From positions 1,736,001 to 1,800,000 of the forward strand of contig OZ025781.1 of NCBI GenBank assembly GCA_964019425.1: DNA of 64,000 nucleotides, in the 5' to 3' direction. This DNA is from Flectonema sp. DT1601 (taxonomy: Eukaryota). This document shows positions 11,706 through 24,210 of this stretch, piece by piece. How positions within the stretch are numbered: the first letter of the stretch is position 1; each line of letters opens with the position of its first letter. The notes under the pieces were generated by a model that was not told the origin of the DNA, ran no database searches, and saw only the letters and a list, made by a program, of their open reading frames with translations. The translations under genes and the position numbers were made by a program.

Positions 11706-14700
11706 AAGGGAAAGGAAATTAAAGGGAAGAATAGAATGAGCGACATATCGAACTCTTCTTTCTTGACCTTTAGGAACATGAGGTGAGTTGATCAATTTTT
11801 GTTCTTGCAATTGCATCAAACTAATATGATGCGAAACCAAACATTCTGTGAAGACGTTGACAAGTTAGTTAAGAGGTCAGTGACAGTGGCAGGATTTTTG
11901 CAAAAAAAAAAAAAAAAAAAAAAATCCTTTTTCCCTCCTGTATTGTTCCCCCTTTTTTTTTTTTTTTTAATTGTGGCCTAAGAATTGTTTCCTAGGCGAG
12001 AAATACTTGCGAAGGGTACTTTATCTTTTTATTTTTAAAAAAAAAAAAAAAAAAGTAAAAAAAAAGAAATCGCTTTTACTGGAATGTGTATTTCTGAGAT
12101 AAAGAAAATTAGTATTTATCACGTAGCCGCTCATATAATGTTGCACATATTTATTTTTGTCTCCAATTCTTGATATTTTTCTTTTCTTTCCGGTTTTCGA
12201 CGTCTTTCCCTCGTTCTTGTGCGTCTTTTGTTTACTTTTTTATTCCTTTTCTTCAATTCTTTTTTTTTTCTTTTTTTGACTTTATTTATGGGGGGCCGTC
12301 AACCCTTTTTTCGGGACAAAAAATTATTTACTAGCGTCTAATCAAAAAAAATCAGTGCGGGTTCTATTTCGAGTGAAGTCCCGATGTTGTGCTGGTTATG
12401 TTTATTAGACGTTGGAAGAAGGGGGGGAAAAAAGTAAAGAAAGAAGAATAAAAAAACAGCGGGTTATTATCATTAGCCTCTCACGAGCAAGATTTTTTTT
12501 TTTTTTTTTTTTTGCGAAGATGTATCAAGAAAGAAACGAGAAAAGTTTTTCAGCTCTTGGCAGGCTCCTGATCATCCGTTCTTGTGTGGTTTTTTTTTTT
12601 TTTAAATTGTTTTTTTTTTGAATTTTGAAAAAATACTAATTTTCAGCCGCTATGACAAGTTATCAAAAATTTAAGTTGTTTCTATTCTATTTTTTTTTTT
12701 GTTGACCACATCCCTCAAGTCTCTAACCGTAGTAATGATCTGCAGTAGAACGGGATGAGTGTGGCAGGCTACAGATCATCTGCTTTCCTTCTAAAGTCAT
12801 TTTATATAAAAAAAAAAACTACTGCAGCATCAAGTTAGTAGCTAATCTTTCGTTCTTTTTTTTAATACCGAACAATAAATTAAAACACTAGACACAGATT
12901 CCTGTCGTTATGTAGAATGAGACTCTGATTAGAGCAGTTCAAAACTATAGAAGTGGATAGAAGGACCGCAGTAATAATGGTAACCCAATCTCCTTCATCG
13001 CAACTCGTTTTTGTTGTAAACTAGAATCAGAGTAGTCATCAGTTTGAGACGGTTAACCTCCCAGTTATCCCTTTATACAGATTTACTAACAAATAAAATG
13101 CTCTCTTTGATTTCCTTTTTTCTTGTTTCTTTTTTTTTTATTATGATGAGTGTTGCTTTTTGTGGGGCGGTAGGGTGAAACGAAATTCTTTTTTTATGAG
13201 ATATTATCAAATATTATCCTTTTTTTTTTTGTATATTTGGTTAACTTCGTTTTACTTTGTGTTAACGTTGTGAGGTGCAATTCATTTGTGTGATGTGTTA
13301 TCCCTGTCTTGATGTCTGTTTACTTAAACAAGTAGAAATTAGTATTCTCGAAGCACTGTCATCGCCTATGTAGTTTTGGTTTTTTTTTTTTTTTTTTTTT
13401 GGTTGCAGTCGCTGCCTAAACTCGTTTTTTAATTTTTTTTTTATTTTATTCATTATTCTCCATTATTTTCGAGTTGTTTTATTACAGACAGTCAAAAAAA
13501 AAAAAAAAAAAAAAAACGCTGAAGCATGAGGAGGGAAACAAAGCGGTATTCACAGCATTAGAGGGTGATGCTAGTAGAAGATATTCCATATTCTCTCTTT
13601 TTAGTTTCGGCGGAGCAGCAAGGAGATATTTTTGTTGAAAGATAGTGGGGTGGGGGGGGGGGGGTGGACTTAGCTCGCAAAATCAGATAATTATAATTAC
13701 TACTTCAGAAGTTTATTCCTCCTTCCGTTAGTAATACGAATTGAGTTTAAATATGGCTGTTGTCAACCTCTTCGTTCGGTACACTTTTGCGAGAACCATT
13801 TTTTTTGTCGATGGGTACCTGACGAAGTTTTTTTTCTTTTTCCTTTTCTGTTTTTATTGAAAACAACTACTACGATGATATGCACGTGACTCGTCCCTGA
13901 AAGTCAACGTTGTATCTTTTTTGTATTTTATGCCACTTGTGAAGTAGACACGGGATAGGAATCAAATTCCTGCGAATGTACAAAAAGGACCCGAGAAAAT
14001 CATCAGCAGCGTTCTCAACGAATTATCACAACGTTGCTTTGCTTTGTTGAAGTTGTTTTTAAAAAAAACAGAACCTTAAAACGAGAGGAGGTCATTAAAG
14101 AAGTAACGCTTGTGTTTTTTTTTTTTTTTTTTTTTTTTTTTGCGGAAAAAAAAACCTATGTCACTTTTTTTTTTTAAATGTGAAACAAAAAAACCCGCTT
14201 CTTAATATTTTAATCAAAACTGTAATTGAGTCCGTCCGCTTGTCTCGTCGACGGAACTGTTGTTTCACTTTCCCATTGTAACCGTTAATAACGGTCGTTA
14301 ATATATGAATCAGTTTTAGTGTTGTTAGTTTCTTTCCTTTTTGAAAAAAAAAAAAAAAAAAGTAAAAAGGCAAAAGTATTATAAACTTTTGTCTGCGTTC
14401 GTATATGGATCGTCTGGGAGCAAAAAAGACCACTTGTGTAGCATCTAATTATAAGTTAGTGGTATTAATCATTCGAAGGGGATGCAAGCATGTCATCTCG
14501 ACATGGTCGCATGGTCGTGTCAATCATTCGGTAAACTAACCCCTCGACACCAAAGAATCAAAAAGAGCAATTTATAAATGCTCTTTTTTTTTTTTTTTTT
14601 TTTTTTTTTATATATTCTGAATTCATTTATTTTTTGTGTTTGTTTTTTTTTTTAAAAAAAAAAAAGAAATCAACCTTTCCCCTCTTCCCCCCCTTTTTTT

Positions 14701-15912
14701 TCTCTATTTTTCTATCTCAGAAAACTTCACATGCCACCTTGTGCTTTCTTAAGTAAGCAATCAATAAAGGTTGAAGGTTCTGAACCGGAGATTGTGGAAA
14801 CTACCCCGCTTTGTTTTTGAGATCAGTTTATTTTTATTTGATGCAATATATTTTGTCATTTTTTTTCTTTTATTTGTTCATTTTTTTCCTGTTTTTGACT
14901 TGCACTCAACAAGCAGAGAACTCTCTTTATGTTTAAGTCAAAAGTCGGAGGTAAAAAAACGAGAGAGAGCTCTCTATTTGTCCTCCCTTGCACTGTCCTC
15001 TCGAGGTGCCCTACTTGCGAAGTTGGTGCTACTGGTTTTTTATATACTTGTGTTTGACACTGAAGTTGCTAAAAAGCGAAACCTCAGTTATTTGCTAACT
15101 TGTCAGATACCTGAAATGAACAACTTTCAAGTAAAGAGTGTAATACTACAGTAGTTCCTTTCGTTAAAGTGAAACCATCACAGTTGTTATGTTCCGTTCT
15201 TTCCGCAGTTAAATTCTGTTCTTTCCTATCGCATACAATGAATTTAGTTTTTTCAGTCACCTGTTTCTGAGTCTGTGATTGTAATTCTTTTTAATACGAT
15301 GGATGACCAAAGTCAAGAGGAGTACCTCTCACACTGTTCGTGTGTACACTCTTCATTAGTTTCCATGAGAAGCTCTTATTGGAAAGTACTGACTTGTTGT
15401 CAGAAAGGAACCTTATTGTTGATTTTGCCCGCATGACACGGTGGGTTCACAAGCTGTCAGAAAAAAGTTCACAGCGATCAGTTATGAGAAAATACTTCGC
15501 AGACTAAAAGGCTGAATGCCTCGTAGCAGAAAAGGTGAGGAAAAATATATTTTTTGAATCTGGTAAGCCGCTGTTCCTGTTCTTCTATTTTGGTTTGTTG
15601 TTGTCGGTGTTTTGAATCGACACTGCACCTGATCGAAAATATAGACCTCGTCTTGGGGAGCTGATGTTTTTGTGCATCCTGTTGTATCAGAGAGGCACGT
15701 CAGCTTCCCAAGGAATGTGTACTTAATAATACATACAAGTGATATATTATTCAATTTATATTAAGTCTTTGGTGTTTGTTTTATTTATTTACAATCGACT
15801 TACAGCGAAATATATTCGTGAAGGATGTGCAAACGACTCTTTAACACAAATGAGAGCACTATGTGAGTTAGTCTGCATTCAACATCATTTTAATTAAAAC
15901 AGTAGACACACG

Positions 15913-16659
15913 ATGAGTGATAAATATTTAAATGTTATCACGAGGGATAATTTAATGGTAATAACTATGAAGGGTACGGGAGAAGAATCGTGGGGCACCA
16001 GTAGGATGGAGCACCGACTAAGTCCAGGAATGGTTGAAGAACTCCACCACAGCTTTGATGAAGCAATAAAGAGAGAAGACATCAAAGGTGTTGTACTGAC
16101 TGGAGATGGTAGATTTTGGAGCAACGGTTTTGACTTAAAATGGGCAGCAAAAGTTGGAACACCTGAGACAATACAACAACTTCAATTTCGATTGGAGTCT
16201 CTCCTTGCTAAGATTCTTGTGTTCCCTTTGCCAACAGTTGCGATACTAAACGGACACACAACAGCAGCTGGTTCAATGATGGCCTTAGCATTTGACACTC
16301 GCGTTATGAACAAAGATAAGGGATGGTTCTTCGTACCGGGAATAAACATCGGGTTGGTTTACACTCCGGGAATGACCCAACTGATGATGCAAAAGACACC
16401 TCAGCAAATGCACAATCACTTTATTGCACAGGGAAGTCGTTTTTCTGGGAAAGACCTCTACTCTCTCGGAGTAGTGGAAGCGATCTGCTCACCGTCAACT
16501 CTTTTCGAAGACGGTTTCTCTGTTGCTCTCAATCTCTCTAAGAAAGTAAAATATCCAAACTTCAAAGACACGATGCATCGCATTAAAATAAACATGTACG
16601 AACCTACGTACAAACTTCTAAAGGACAGCACAGCTGACCTTGGCATGAGCAAGCTTTGA
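15913..16659 (+). CDS. Peroxisomal enoyl-CoA hydratase/isomerase family protein (delta3,delta2-enoyl-CoA isomerase-like)
   Basis: Crotonase motifs VLTGDGRFWSNGFDL and PLPTVAILNGHTTAAG; C-terminal PTS1 signal SKL. Confidence 0.9.
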   Translation: MSDKYLNVITRDNLMVITMKGTGEESWGTSRMEHRLSPGMVEELHHSFDEAIKREDIKGVVLTGDGRFWSNGFDLKWAAKVGTPETIQQLQFRLESLLAKILVFPLPTVAILNGHTTAAGSMMALAFDTRVMNKDKGWFFVPGINIGLVYTPGMTQLMMQKTPQQMHNHFIAQGSRFSGKDLYSLGVVEAICSPSTLFEDGFSVALNLSKKVKYPNFKDTMHRIKINMYEPTYKLLKDSTADLGMSKL

Positions 16660-16898
16660 GTTCTTATTTTAGATGTGTGCGAACGTTGCCTCTATTGAGG
16701 GGTTACTATGTACTGCGATACCAGCAGTAGTTTGGCAGCATTTTATGTTTTATGTTGTTTATTTTCTTATCTTTCTGTTAGTCACATAAAATAATGATGT
16801 CAGTCTCTTATTTAGAGAGATGGTGCTCACAAGTAGTGTCTTTCAGTTGTCCAATGCGAAGTCATATTTATTATAACAGGAAGGCGGAAGGCAATAAC

Positions 16899-18145
16899 AT
16901 GCATAAAGGTACCGTTAAGAAATGGTACAACGACAGAGGTTTCGGGTTCATTGCAGGGTCTGACGGCCAAGATGTATTTGTACACCACACTGACTTGGGA
17001 GGGATGGAACTGATAGTTGGAGGTGAGGTGTGTTGTGTTCTTATTATAATTTGATGATATAAAATCTCATCATCACAAACAACTAAAACCAGGTGACCTA
17101 TAACATCAGAGAAGAAGAAGAGGGCCGTCCTAACAACGGTAAACTGAAAGCTACAGATATAACAGGAGCGATACAAAGAAGACGGCAACATGGAAAAGTA
17201 GGAAACTGCACCAGTATCTCTTCCATATTAGGAGGAGGAGGGCGGATAGCTGGAAGTGGTGGATCGCGTCAACGGGAACCGATTACGGACCCGCTGGCTG
17301 CTTCATTAGCTGAAGTTATTCCACACGATCAGAACTCTCATAATATTTTAGTTTCGACAATAAAGACTCGACAGAGAGAGAATATTATATTCAAACATCA
17401 CTGGCAGGAATTTTGTAAAAAGTACGGCGGAGGTTCTCTTGATCCCCTTCGCTATGACACAGCCTGCCTTGTGTATGCTCTACAACATTGTGAAAAACTC
17501 ACCAAAGAGTGTGCTGCTGTCCCTCATGCAGCAACTGCAGCTACCCTGGTAGACGCAATTAAAAGAGCGCAGCGAGACTGTCCAAAGTTCAGAGAACGAT
17601 GGTCAGAATATTGCGCAATTCATGGTGACGGTATTCATGATCCGAGTTCTCATGATTTGATGTTCTTAAAAGATGCAATTGAGACGTTAGGTGAGTTAAA
17701 TGGTGAAGTGACAGAACAACCTCAGTCGTTATCTCAACGGGAACAAGTTATTCAACAAATTAAACAAATGCAGCAGCAGCAACAACAGCAACACCAACAG
17801 GAGCAGGTGTTGCAGCAAATTCAACAACTGCAGCAGAGTCAAGAGCCTCGGCAGCCGTCGCTCCAACAGCAAGTCTTGCAGCACCTTCAACAGGTGCAGC
17901 AACAGCAACAACCACTTCAAGGAGTTGAAGTCCTTCAGCAGCAACAACAACAACAACAACAACAAGAACAACAACAGGGAATAGAAATCCTTCAGCAGCA
18001 ACTCATTCAACAACTCCAACAAGTGCAGCAGCCACAACCACACGAACAGCAGCTACCACCACCTCAGGCTCCTCGTCTTCCACCTCAGGACCCTACCTTG
18101 GGTACCATCGCTTCATTACTTTCTCAGAGGTATTCACCATACTGA
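16899..18145 (+). CDS. Cold-shock-domain protein with two helical repeats and a poly-Q tail; exons 16899-17027 and 17093-18145
   Basis: CSD motif KGTVKKWYNDRGFGFI...DVFVHH. A phase-0 GT-AG intron at 17028-17092 joins it to the downstream 350-aa ORF. Confidence 0.85.
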
Positions 18146-18952
18146 GATAATTGTTTAATCGTTAGCTACTATCTGTGTCACCATCTCTTAGTTCAAATAC
18201 TGATGATGATTTATTCACCCGATATCATCTCACCTCAGATGTGCATTACTTCTGCAACACAGCAGCCTGTTGATGAGTCGGATACACTACCGCATCACAT
18301 CATGAGCCTGATGAGTAGGTTGAAAGCATTTCCACGGCTTTTGAACTGGCTGTGATGTTGTGGTGCAAGAGAGCCTTCGCGTGAGATGTGTCGGAGTGGT
18401 AATGAATAATTGATACCTTTATTTTCGCCTTTCCTTGTGGTTCTGTACAAGGATTAATCCATGCAAGACACGACCTGTCGGCTCAACAGAGCGGACAGCG
18501 CGACCAGATTGAAGTAGACCAGCTGTGTTCCGTACACTACTAATTATTCTCAATTATTTTAAAAATGTTTTCTTCCCTTGAGAAGGTATTTGTTCGATGC
18601 TGAACCAGAAGATTCTCTTCAACTTAAAGTGCGCAGCAATACGATGTTCAGATGGAAACAACTGCTGTGGAAGTAGAAGAGGACTTCCTTTCAGATTTCC
18701 CTCTTTTGGAGAGTAATAACCTGCGGATATTAGTGACACAAGCCGCGTGCTGTATCTTCGCTTTATTGCGCGATGACTGTGAGGGGATGTCTCTAAATCT
18801 CTTCGCACCTTTTTTTTTTGGCTACTTTTTGTTTTCTCTTTCTAATAAACGAGTAGTTCATTTTTAACAAGTGAACAATCGATGCCTCGCTTGAGGTTCG
18901 CTAGTGGGAACTCACGTCACGTAATTTTAGAAATTATTACACTCAACAGGTG

Positions 18953-20977
18953 ATGAGAATATCTGAGAGTCTGCGTGGAATTGTTTTTACTGTTTTCGAT
19001 TATTTACTCACGTTATTTCCAACAAAGGAAGGCAGCAGGGGAGGTAACATGGCTACTCTCAGTAAGCTGGCTCAGGATAAGACATGGCTGGGACTCATTA
19101 AAGTGTTCGCAGGCATCATTACTTCAGAAAAGAAGGGAAAGGGACTCATCACGGTTTGGGGAACTTTTATCTTCACATCATTAGTGATACTACCGATATT
19201 TAATATTCGCAAGAGAGCACAACGCAAAGCAGAATTAGCTGCTGATGGAAAGAAGAGATCGATTCCAATTAACAAGGAAGCTTTATCAAAGTTACTAGTC
19301 GTATTGAAAAAACACATTCTCACAAGACACGGATTATATTTAGCGACTTACATCCTGACATTGTGTACCAGAATATTGATTACTGTGAAGCTAGCTGACC
19401 AGGGAGGTATATTGGGTTCTTACATGGGTTCTAAGAATTGGAAACAAATGTTTTTGGGACAAGTTGATCTCGGGCTTTGGTTCATGGCTGGAGCAGTAGC
19501 GACAGCGAGCATGAAGTTCCTCGAGAAACGAGTAGTGCTCTCAACCAGAGGGATACTTTACAAAGAGTTGTTGAGTCATTACTTAAATGAAAACAATCTT
19601 TACTATCACAGCGCTAGGAAGGTCGATGATGCCCCTTCCCGACTCACCGCTGATTTGGAAGAATTCACTTCATCAGCTGTGAGAACTCTGGGACACATAT
19701 TAAAGCCATCGATTGATATCATTCATCTTTCTATTGTTATCGCTGGGAGAATTGGTTTCGCTGGTCTAGCTGGATTTTTATCATTCTTCGTTATATCCCA
19801 AAAGATGCTTCAAGGTGTGTTGAATGCTCTTCCAAGAAGCTTGAAACAGATTTCAATCAGAAAGCAGGAGCTTGAGGCAGAGCTACGCTCCCATCACTCG
19901 CAGCTCCACAACTACAGGGAGCAGATAGCACTGCAGGATGGAACTGATACCGAGCGTGAGACACTTGAAAAGCGTTTCAAGAAACTTCACAACCACCAAC
20001 TATTAACAGCTTGCACCTACTTCGTAGTAGATGTTCTAAACACATACGTACTTAAGTACGGTGGTGCTATGTGTGGATTCTCTGTTCTCATTCCGGCAGT
20101 CTACTTTTCGGATGACAAAACGCCACCTCACAAACTTACTGCCGGGTACTTATCAAACAGTGCGTTGTTACAGACTCTAGCTACAGAGATTAAAGATTTA
20201 GTTGAGGCCTTAACAGAAATACCTCGCGTCAAGGGTCTAGCAACCAGAGTATCGGATTTGACTGATGCGATGTCTGCCGCCAAGAAGGAAGTGTTGGCAT
20301 CTAAATTTGTGAAGTACTCAAAAGACGCGGAAGATGGAATTGAAGTCGGGAAGCTGACTATAATCCCTCCTGGGAATCCTGAAAACCCCAACCCGGAACC
20401 GTTAGTTAGCGATCTCGACATTTCTATTAAACGTGGAGAACACACCGTCATCAGAGGTGCTAATGGAATCGGAAAGAGTTCCTTCTTTCGGACCCTCTGC
20501 GGTCTGTGGAACCCGCACTCAGTTGAAACTCTGGTAATGCCCCCAAAGGATTCCTTCTTCGTAGTCTCACAGGATTGTTACTTCCCGGCAGACTTTTCTC
20601 TCGCGGAACAGATTTGTTATCCGTCGAAGACTTCACTTGTCGGAGAGGAGGGAACAGAACTCGGTGAGAAGCTTTTGAAGAGCGTTGGGCTCGAAGATTT
20701 TACTTCAAAACTTCACAGCGTTGGGGATTGGAGGAATAGACTTTCAGGAGGTCAGAAGCAGAGACTGTCGTGGGCACGCATGTTGTTCCATAAACCAGTT
20801 TACGCTCTAATCGATGAGGGAACTTCAGCTGTTGATGCTGCTGGGTGTCAGTTACTTCACACACAAGCACTCGAATCAAACATTACTTTGGTGTCGATCT
20901 CCCACCACGAGAATGTTGATCGTAACCACCTCCGTACTCTCGACTTCTATGCAGGAGGACACAAAATTTCTGAATAA
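18953..20977 (+). CDS. ABC transporter subfamily D half-transporter (peroxisomal fatty-acyl import type)
   Basis: TM domain with a DAPSRLTADL loop, Walker A GANGIGKSS, signature LSGGQKQR, Walker B LIDEGTSAVD, and SISH. Confidence 0.9.
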   Translation: MRISESLRGIVFTVFDYLLTLFPTKEGSRGGNMATLSKLAQDKTWLGLIKVFAGIITSEKKGKGLITVWGTFIFTSLVILPIFNIRKRAQRKAELAADGKKRSIPINKEALSKLLVVLKKHILTRHGLYLATYILTLCTRILITVKLADQGGILGSYMGSKNWKQMFLGQVDLGLWFMAGAVATASMKFLEKRVVLSTRGILYKELLSHYLNENNLYYHSARKVDDAPSRLTADLEEFTSSAVRTLGHILKPSIDIIHLSIVIAGRIGFAGLAGFLSFFVISQKMLQGVLNALPRSLKQISIRKQELEAELRSHHSQLHNYREQIALQDGTDTERETLEKRFKKLHNHQLLTACTYFVVDVLNTYVLKYGGAMCGFSVLIPAVYFSDDKTPPHKLTAGYLSNSALLQTLATEIKDLVEALTEIPRVKGLATRVSDLTDAMSAAKKEVLASKFVKYSKDAEDGIEVGKLTIIPPGNPENPNPEPLVSDLDISIKRGEHTVIRGANGIGKSSFFRTLCGLWNPHSVETLVMPPKDSFFVVSQDCYFPADFSLAEQICYPSKTSLVGEEGTELGEKLLKSVGLEDFTSKLHSVGDWRNRLSGGQKQRLSWARMLFHKPVYALIDEGTSAVDAAGCQLLHTQALESNITLVSISHHENVDRNHLRTLDFYAGGHKISE

Positions 20978-22558
20978 AAGTATTTTATTGCATCTTTTGA
21001 TCACATTTTCTTTTTCTGTAATATTTCCTTGACATCTCTATCACTGACCTTTTCTTCTCTCCTTCGAGCAATAGAACCTCTTTGGAAGAAGCTACCGGTC
21101 TGTTAGTTGGTATCGGGTTCCCGTAGTAATTGGTGTTAATGTTGTCAGGTATATGTAATGCAAACTATTACTAATCAGGTATCAGCGGCACCAACCTGAC
21201 CGTTGAATATGCAAGGCCGTGAGGCTTTTGCGAGTGTTTTTAATTAAAAAAGATTGTCGATTTCTTAATTCTAACTGAGAAGGATTACGAGCAACAATGT
21301 CCACCTTTGTGCTACCACATTGTCTCTTTTGATTCCTTTTAGTTTTTTATTTCTAATTCACTTGTAATCTTTTCAGTCAAAGTAAATTTCCGTGTCACAG
21401 CGGTTCGATCTATTGCTTTTTGTGTTTCACATAAAATGTGAAACCAGGTGGCAAACGCTGCTCTGCCTGTTTTCTTATTTTCTGACGGAATAGAATGATT
21501 GCTTTGTGAGTACACCTGAAGAGTCGCTAAAAAGGTGATTAAATCACCTTTTTATTATAAGGACAGCCATCGCATGGTCTGAATGTTGATTTTTGATTCC
21601 AGCAACCCTACTGGAGCAACAACACGGTAGGAATGCAGCAAACAAAATAGAAAAGCGAGGCAATCTCATCTACTTTTGTGCACAAAATAAAATCTGTTTT
21701 TTTTTTTGAAACCCTCCAAAAAAAAATAAATATAAAAAATGTAAACTTCTGTTCTTCTACTTTCCCTTTTTTCTCATTGTTATTTATTGCGTGTGTTAGT
21801 CGTTGTTATGATGTGAAAATTAAATTGCCTCATTAAATCTAAATCTCTCAAACAATCCACCTCTGGTAGACTTACAAAAGAAATTGAAAAACGCACACTT
21901 ATTGTGATGCGACCTTACAATATATTTAACGCACCGAGTAAGAAGAGAAAAGTGTTGGGTGGGGACGACCTGACGCATGCAACAACGACAGCTGGCTAAC
22001 AAATAATTAATAAAATGTCTCCGAGGGAAAAACATGAAAGTGTCAGCTGGTCAATTACATGACAAAGACATACCCCAGAGTGTTTTATTTTTATCTATTT
22101 TTGATTTCTTTAAGTGCACAAAAAACTGGATTATCTGAGAAACCACTCCTTTCTTTATTCCACCAAAGTGATGTTGTGAATTATTAAGATTTTAGTCTTT
22201 TAAAAAAGAAACCCCCGAAATTGGCTTCAAGGCCTCTCTTCGTCTCTATAAACAGGTACATTGCGATACCACTTTCGTATATAAGTCTTATTAAGATATA
22301 AAAAATAAAAAAACCGATCTGCTATAAACTAACTGTTGGCCTTTTTATTAGTGAAATCCGAAAACCAACGGAGTTTTCACTGGTAAACCTTGATGTGTTG
22401 CTCCTTAACTACTCTTTCTGTCCTCGGCTCGGTGGGTGAGAGTGAGCGCTTTATTTCTTTCGTATCATTTTCCTCTATTTAATAATAATCCTTGAAGCTC
22501 TCTGTTGCTTTTCAATTCTAAAGATTTGCAGCTCAATTAAAAATAATGAGTGCTGGTA

Positions 22559-22736
22559 ATCACATCACTGCTGAGATCACATCACTGCTGAGATCACATC
22601 ACTGCTGAGATCACATCACTGCTGAGATCACATCACTGCTGAGATCACATCACTGCTGAGATCACATCACTGCTGAGATCACATCACTGCTGAGATCACA
22701 TCACTGCTGAGATCACATCACTGCTGAGATCACATC
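22559..22736. repeat. Perfect 17-bp minisatellite (CACATCACTGCTGAGAT), about 10.5 copies
   Basis: Read directly: period 17 bp, no spacers. Confidence 0.97.
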
Positions 22737-22882
22737 TCATTATAAACTTTTTTTTTAGTTTTTGAGAATTGTAACACAGAAAGTCATCATATTCTCTTTG
22801 AGTAGAAATATTAAGAAAAACATGTCGTGAGAATGTTGTTAGTTTTAATCTCCTCTCAGAGTTGTTTATCATCACACAGATA

Positions 22883-23320
22883 ATGAACATAAGAATATGG
22901 AAAGCTTACAGACGATCATTAAGTCTCGCTAGAAACAACCTTTCAGGATCTGACAGAGCGATTAGTATGTTGAAATATAGAAATGCTATTCGTTTGGAAT
23001 ACCTCCGCTACGCGAACACTTCCAACGCCGATGACATTGAACAGCTGATTGAGTGCCATGAGAAGATAAACACTTTTCTAGAATGGTGGTGGGCTTCTTG
23101 GGAAGATCCCATCGAGAAGCCTTCTTTTAAAACAGATTGGAAGAATGAGACTCGATTTATGGGAGAGGAGGAAGCTAAGAAACATTACGCGTCGTTACTA
23201 AAGAAACGAGTGGAAGGACTTCGAGAATTTAATCAACAAGTTGATCAGTTGCTGCAATCTCGGCCAGCTGTTCCTACGAGTGAGTGGCAGAACCCGGAAC
23301 CTGAATGGAAAGTTCCTTAA
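22883..23320 (+). CDS. LYR-motif family protein (possible mitochondrial complex accessory subunit)
   Basis: KAYRRSL...IRLEYLRYAN...DIEQLI matches the LYR pattern. An AG acceptor lies 3 nt before the ATG at 22883. Confidence 0.6.
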   Translation: MNIRIWKAYRRSLSLARNNLSGSDRAISMLKYRNAIRLEYLRYANTSNADDIEQLIECHEKINTFLEWWWASWEDPIEKPSFKTDWKNETRFMGEEEAKKHYASLLKKRVEGLREFNQQVDQLLQSRPAVPTSEWQNPEPEWKVP

Positions 23321-23757
23321 AGAGATACAGATGTAGTAGGTACTCATATTGTGGGCAAATATCTGCCATCTGAAGCTGTGACTTCGATAGCCAGTCTTCA
23401 TGAGGAGGTCAACTTGTTATCATCACGACGACTATTAAGATTGCGTGACTTGGGGTAATGTTTCTGTTATTTATAAAAAAATGATGACTTCTCAGAATAG
23501 TCGAAAAGCTATTCCGTAACGTGCTTCTTAATTTGCAGACTGGCTACCAAAGTTCGTAAAAATATAACCCCCCGGAACTAATATTGGTATCGCGTACTTT
23601 ATCAAGAGTATTAAGCAACGCCTGTCTAAGTGAAGTCCTTATTGCTGCTACTGAGTCAATCAGTAGTAATTACTTTCACAAGATATCAGTCGGTTTATTT
23701 AGTTGAGAAGTCGAGTAGTTATTTTATTTTTTAACAGTTGGATTTCACAACTAAATA

Positions 23758-24210
23758 ATGCAGCCTTCAGACTCCGACTCTGAGAGAGATGTTGAGAGAG
23801 TAGAGAAGGTTAATTGCAGCTGTTCGTTGAATACGTCAAATGACGGAACCGTTTCAGTTTCTGAAGAGAAGGCTGATGAAGTCAGAACACCGAAAGCATA
23901 TCGCGAAGGGTTTGAAGACATTCGAAAGACACCTTCTGCTAGACCGTTGTGTAAGTTGAGTCCATGTCCTTTTGGTGATAGTTGTTTCTTCAGACATCAA
24001 GCAACACCAACTTCGACGACACAATTCTCACCAGATGAGGCAGTCACTCCTGAGCAAGTGACTCCTCCAAAGTTCAACGAACAATCAGAAGATCGAATGA
24101 TTGAAGATCCGGAATCGATGTTTCAGCCGGAGAACAGTTGGCGAGAGCCACTACGTTGGCGTCACGATCCTTACGGATACCAACCTTACGTAATGGCAAA
24201 CGAACCTTAG
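23758..24210 (+). CDS. Small low-complexity protein with a CCCH-like finger and a C-terminal WRHDPY motif
   Basis: 150-aa ORF with CKLSPCPFGDSCFFRH; upstream AG acceptor. Confidence 0.7.
   Translation: MQPSDSDSERDVERVEKVNCSCSLNTSNDGTVSVSEEKADEVRTPKAYREGFEDIRKTPSARPLCKLSPCPFGDSCFFRHQATPTSTTQFSPDEAVTPEQVTPPKFNEQSEDRMIEDPESMFQPENSWREPLRWRHDPYGYQPYVMANEP

Noticed and set aside
14560..14608. Hairpin plus T-run resembling a bacterial intrinsic terminator
   Set aside because: The locus is eukaryotic, and the stem is mostly A/T runs that are abundant here.
17729..18043. Leu-rich minus-strand ORF
   Set aside because: It is the antisense shadow of the poly-Q (CAA/CAG) coding region.
22559..22736. 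CRISPR-like array
   Set aside because: The repeats abut with no spacers, there are no cas genes, and the context is eukaryotic.
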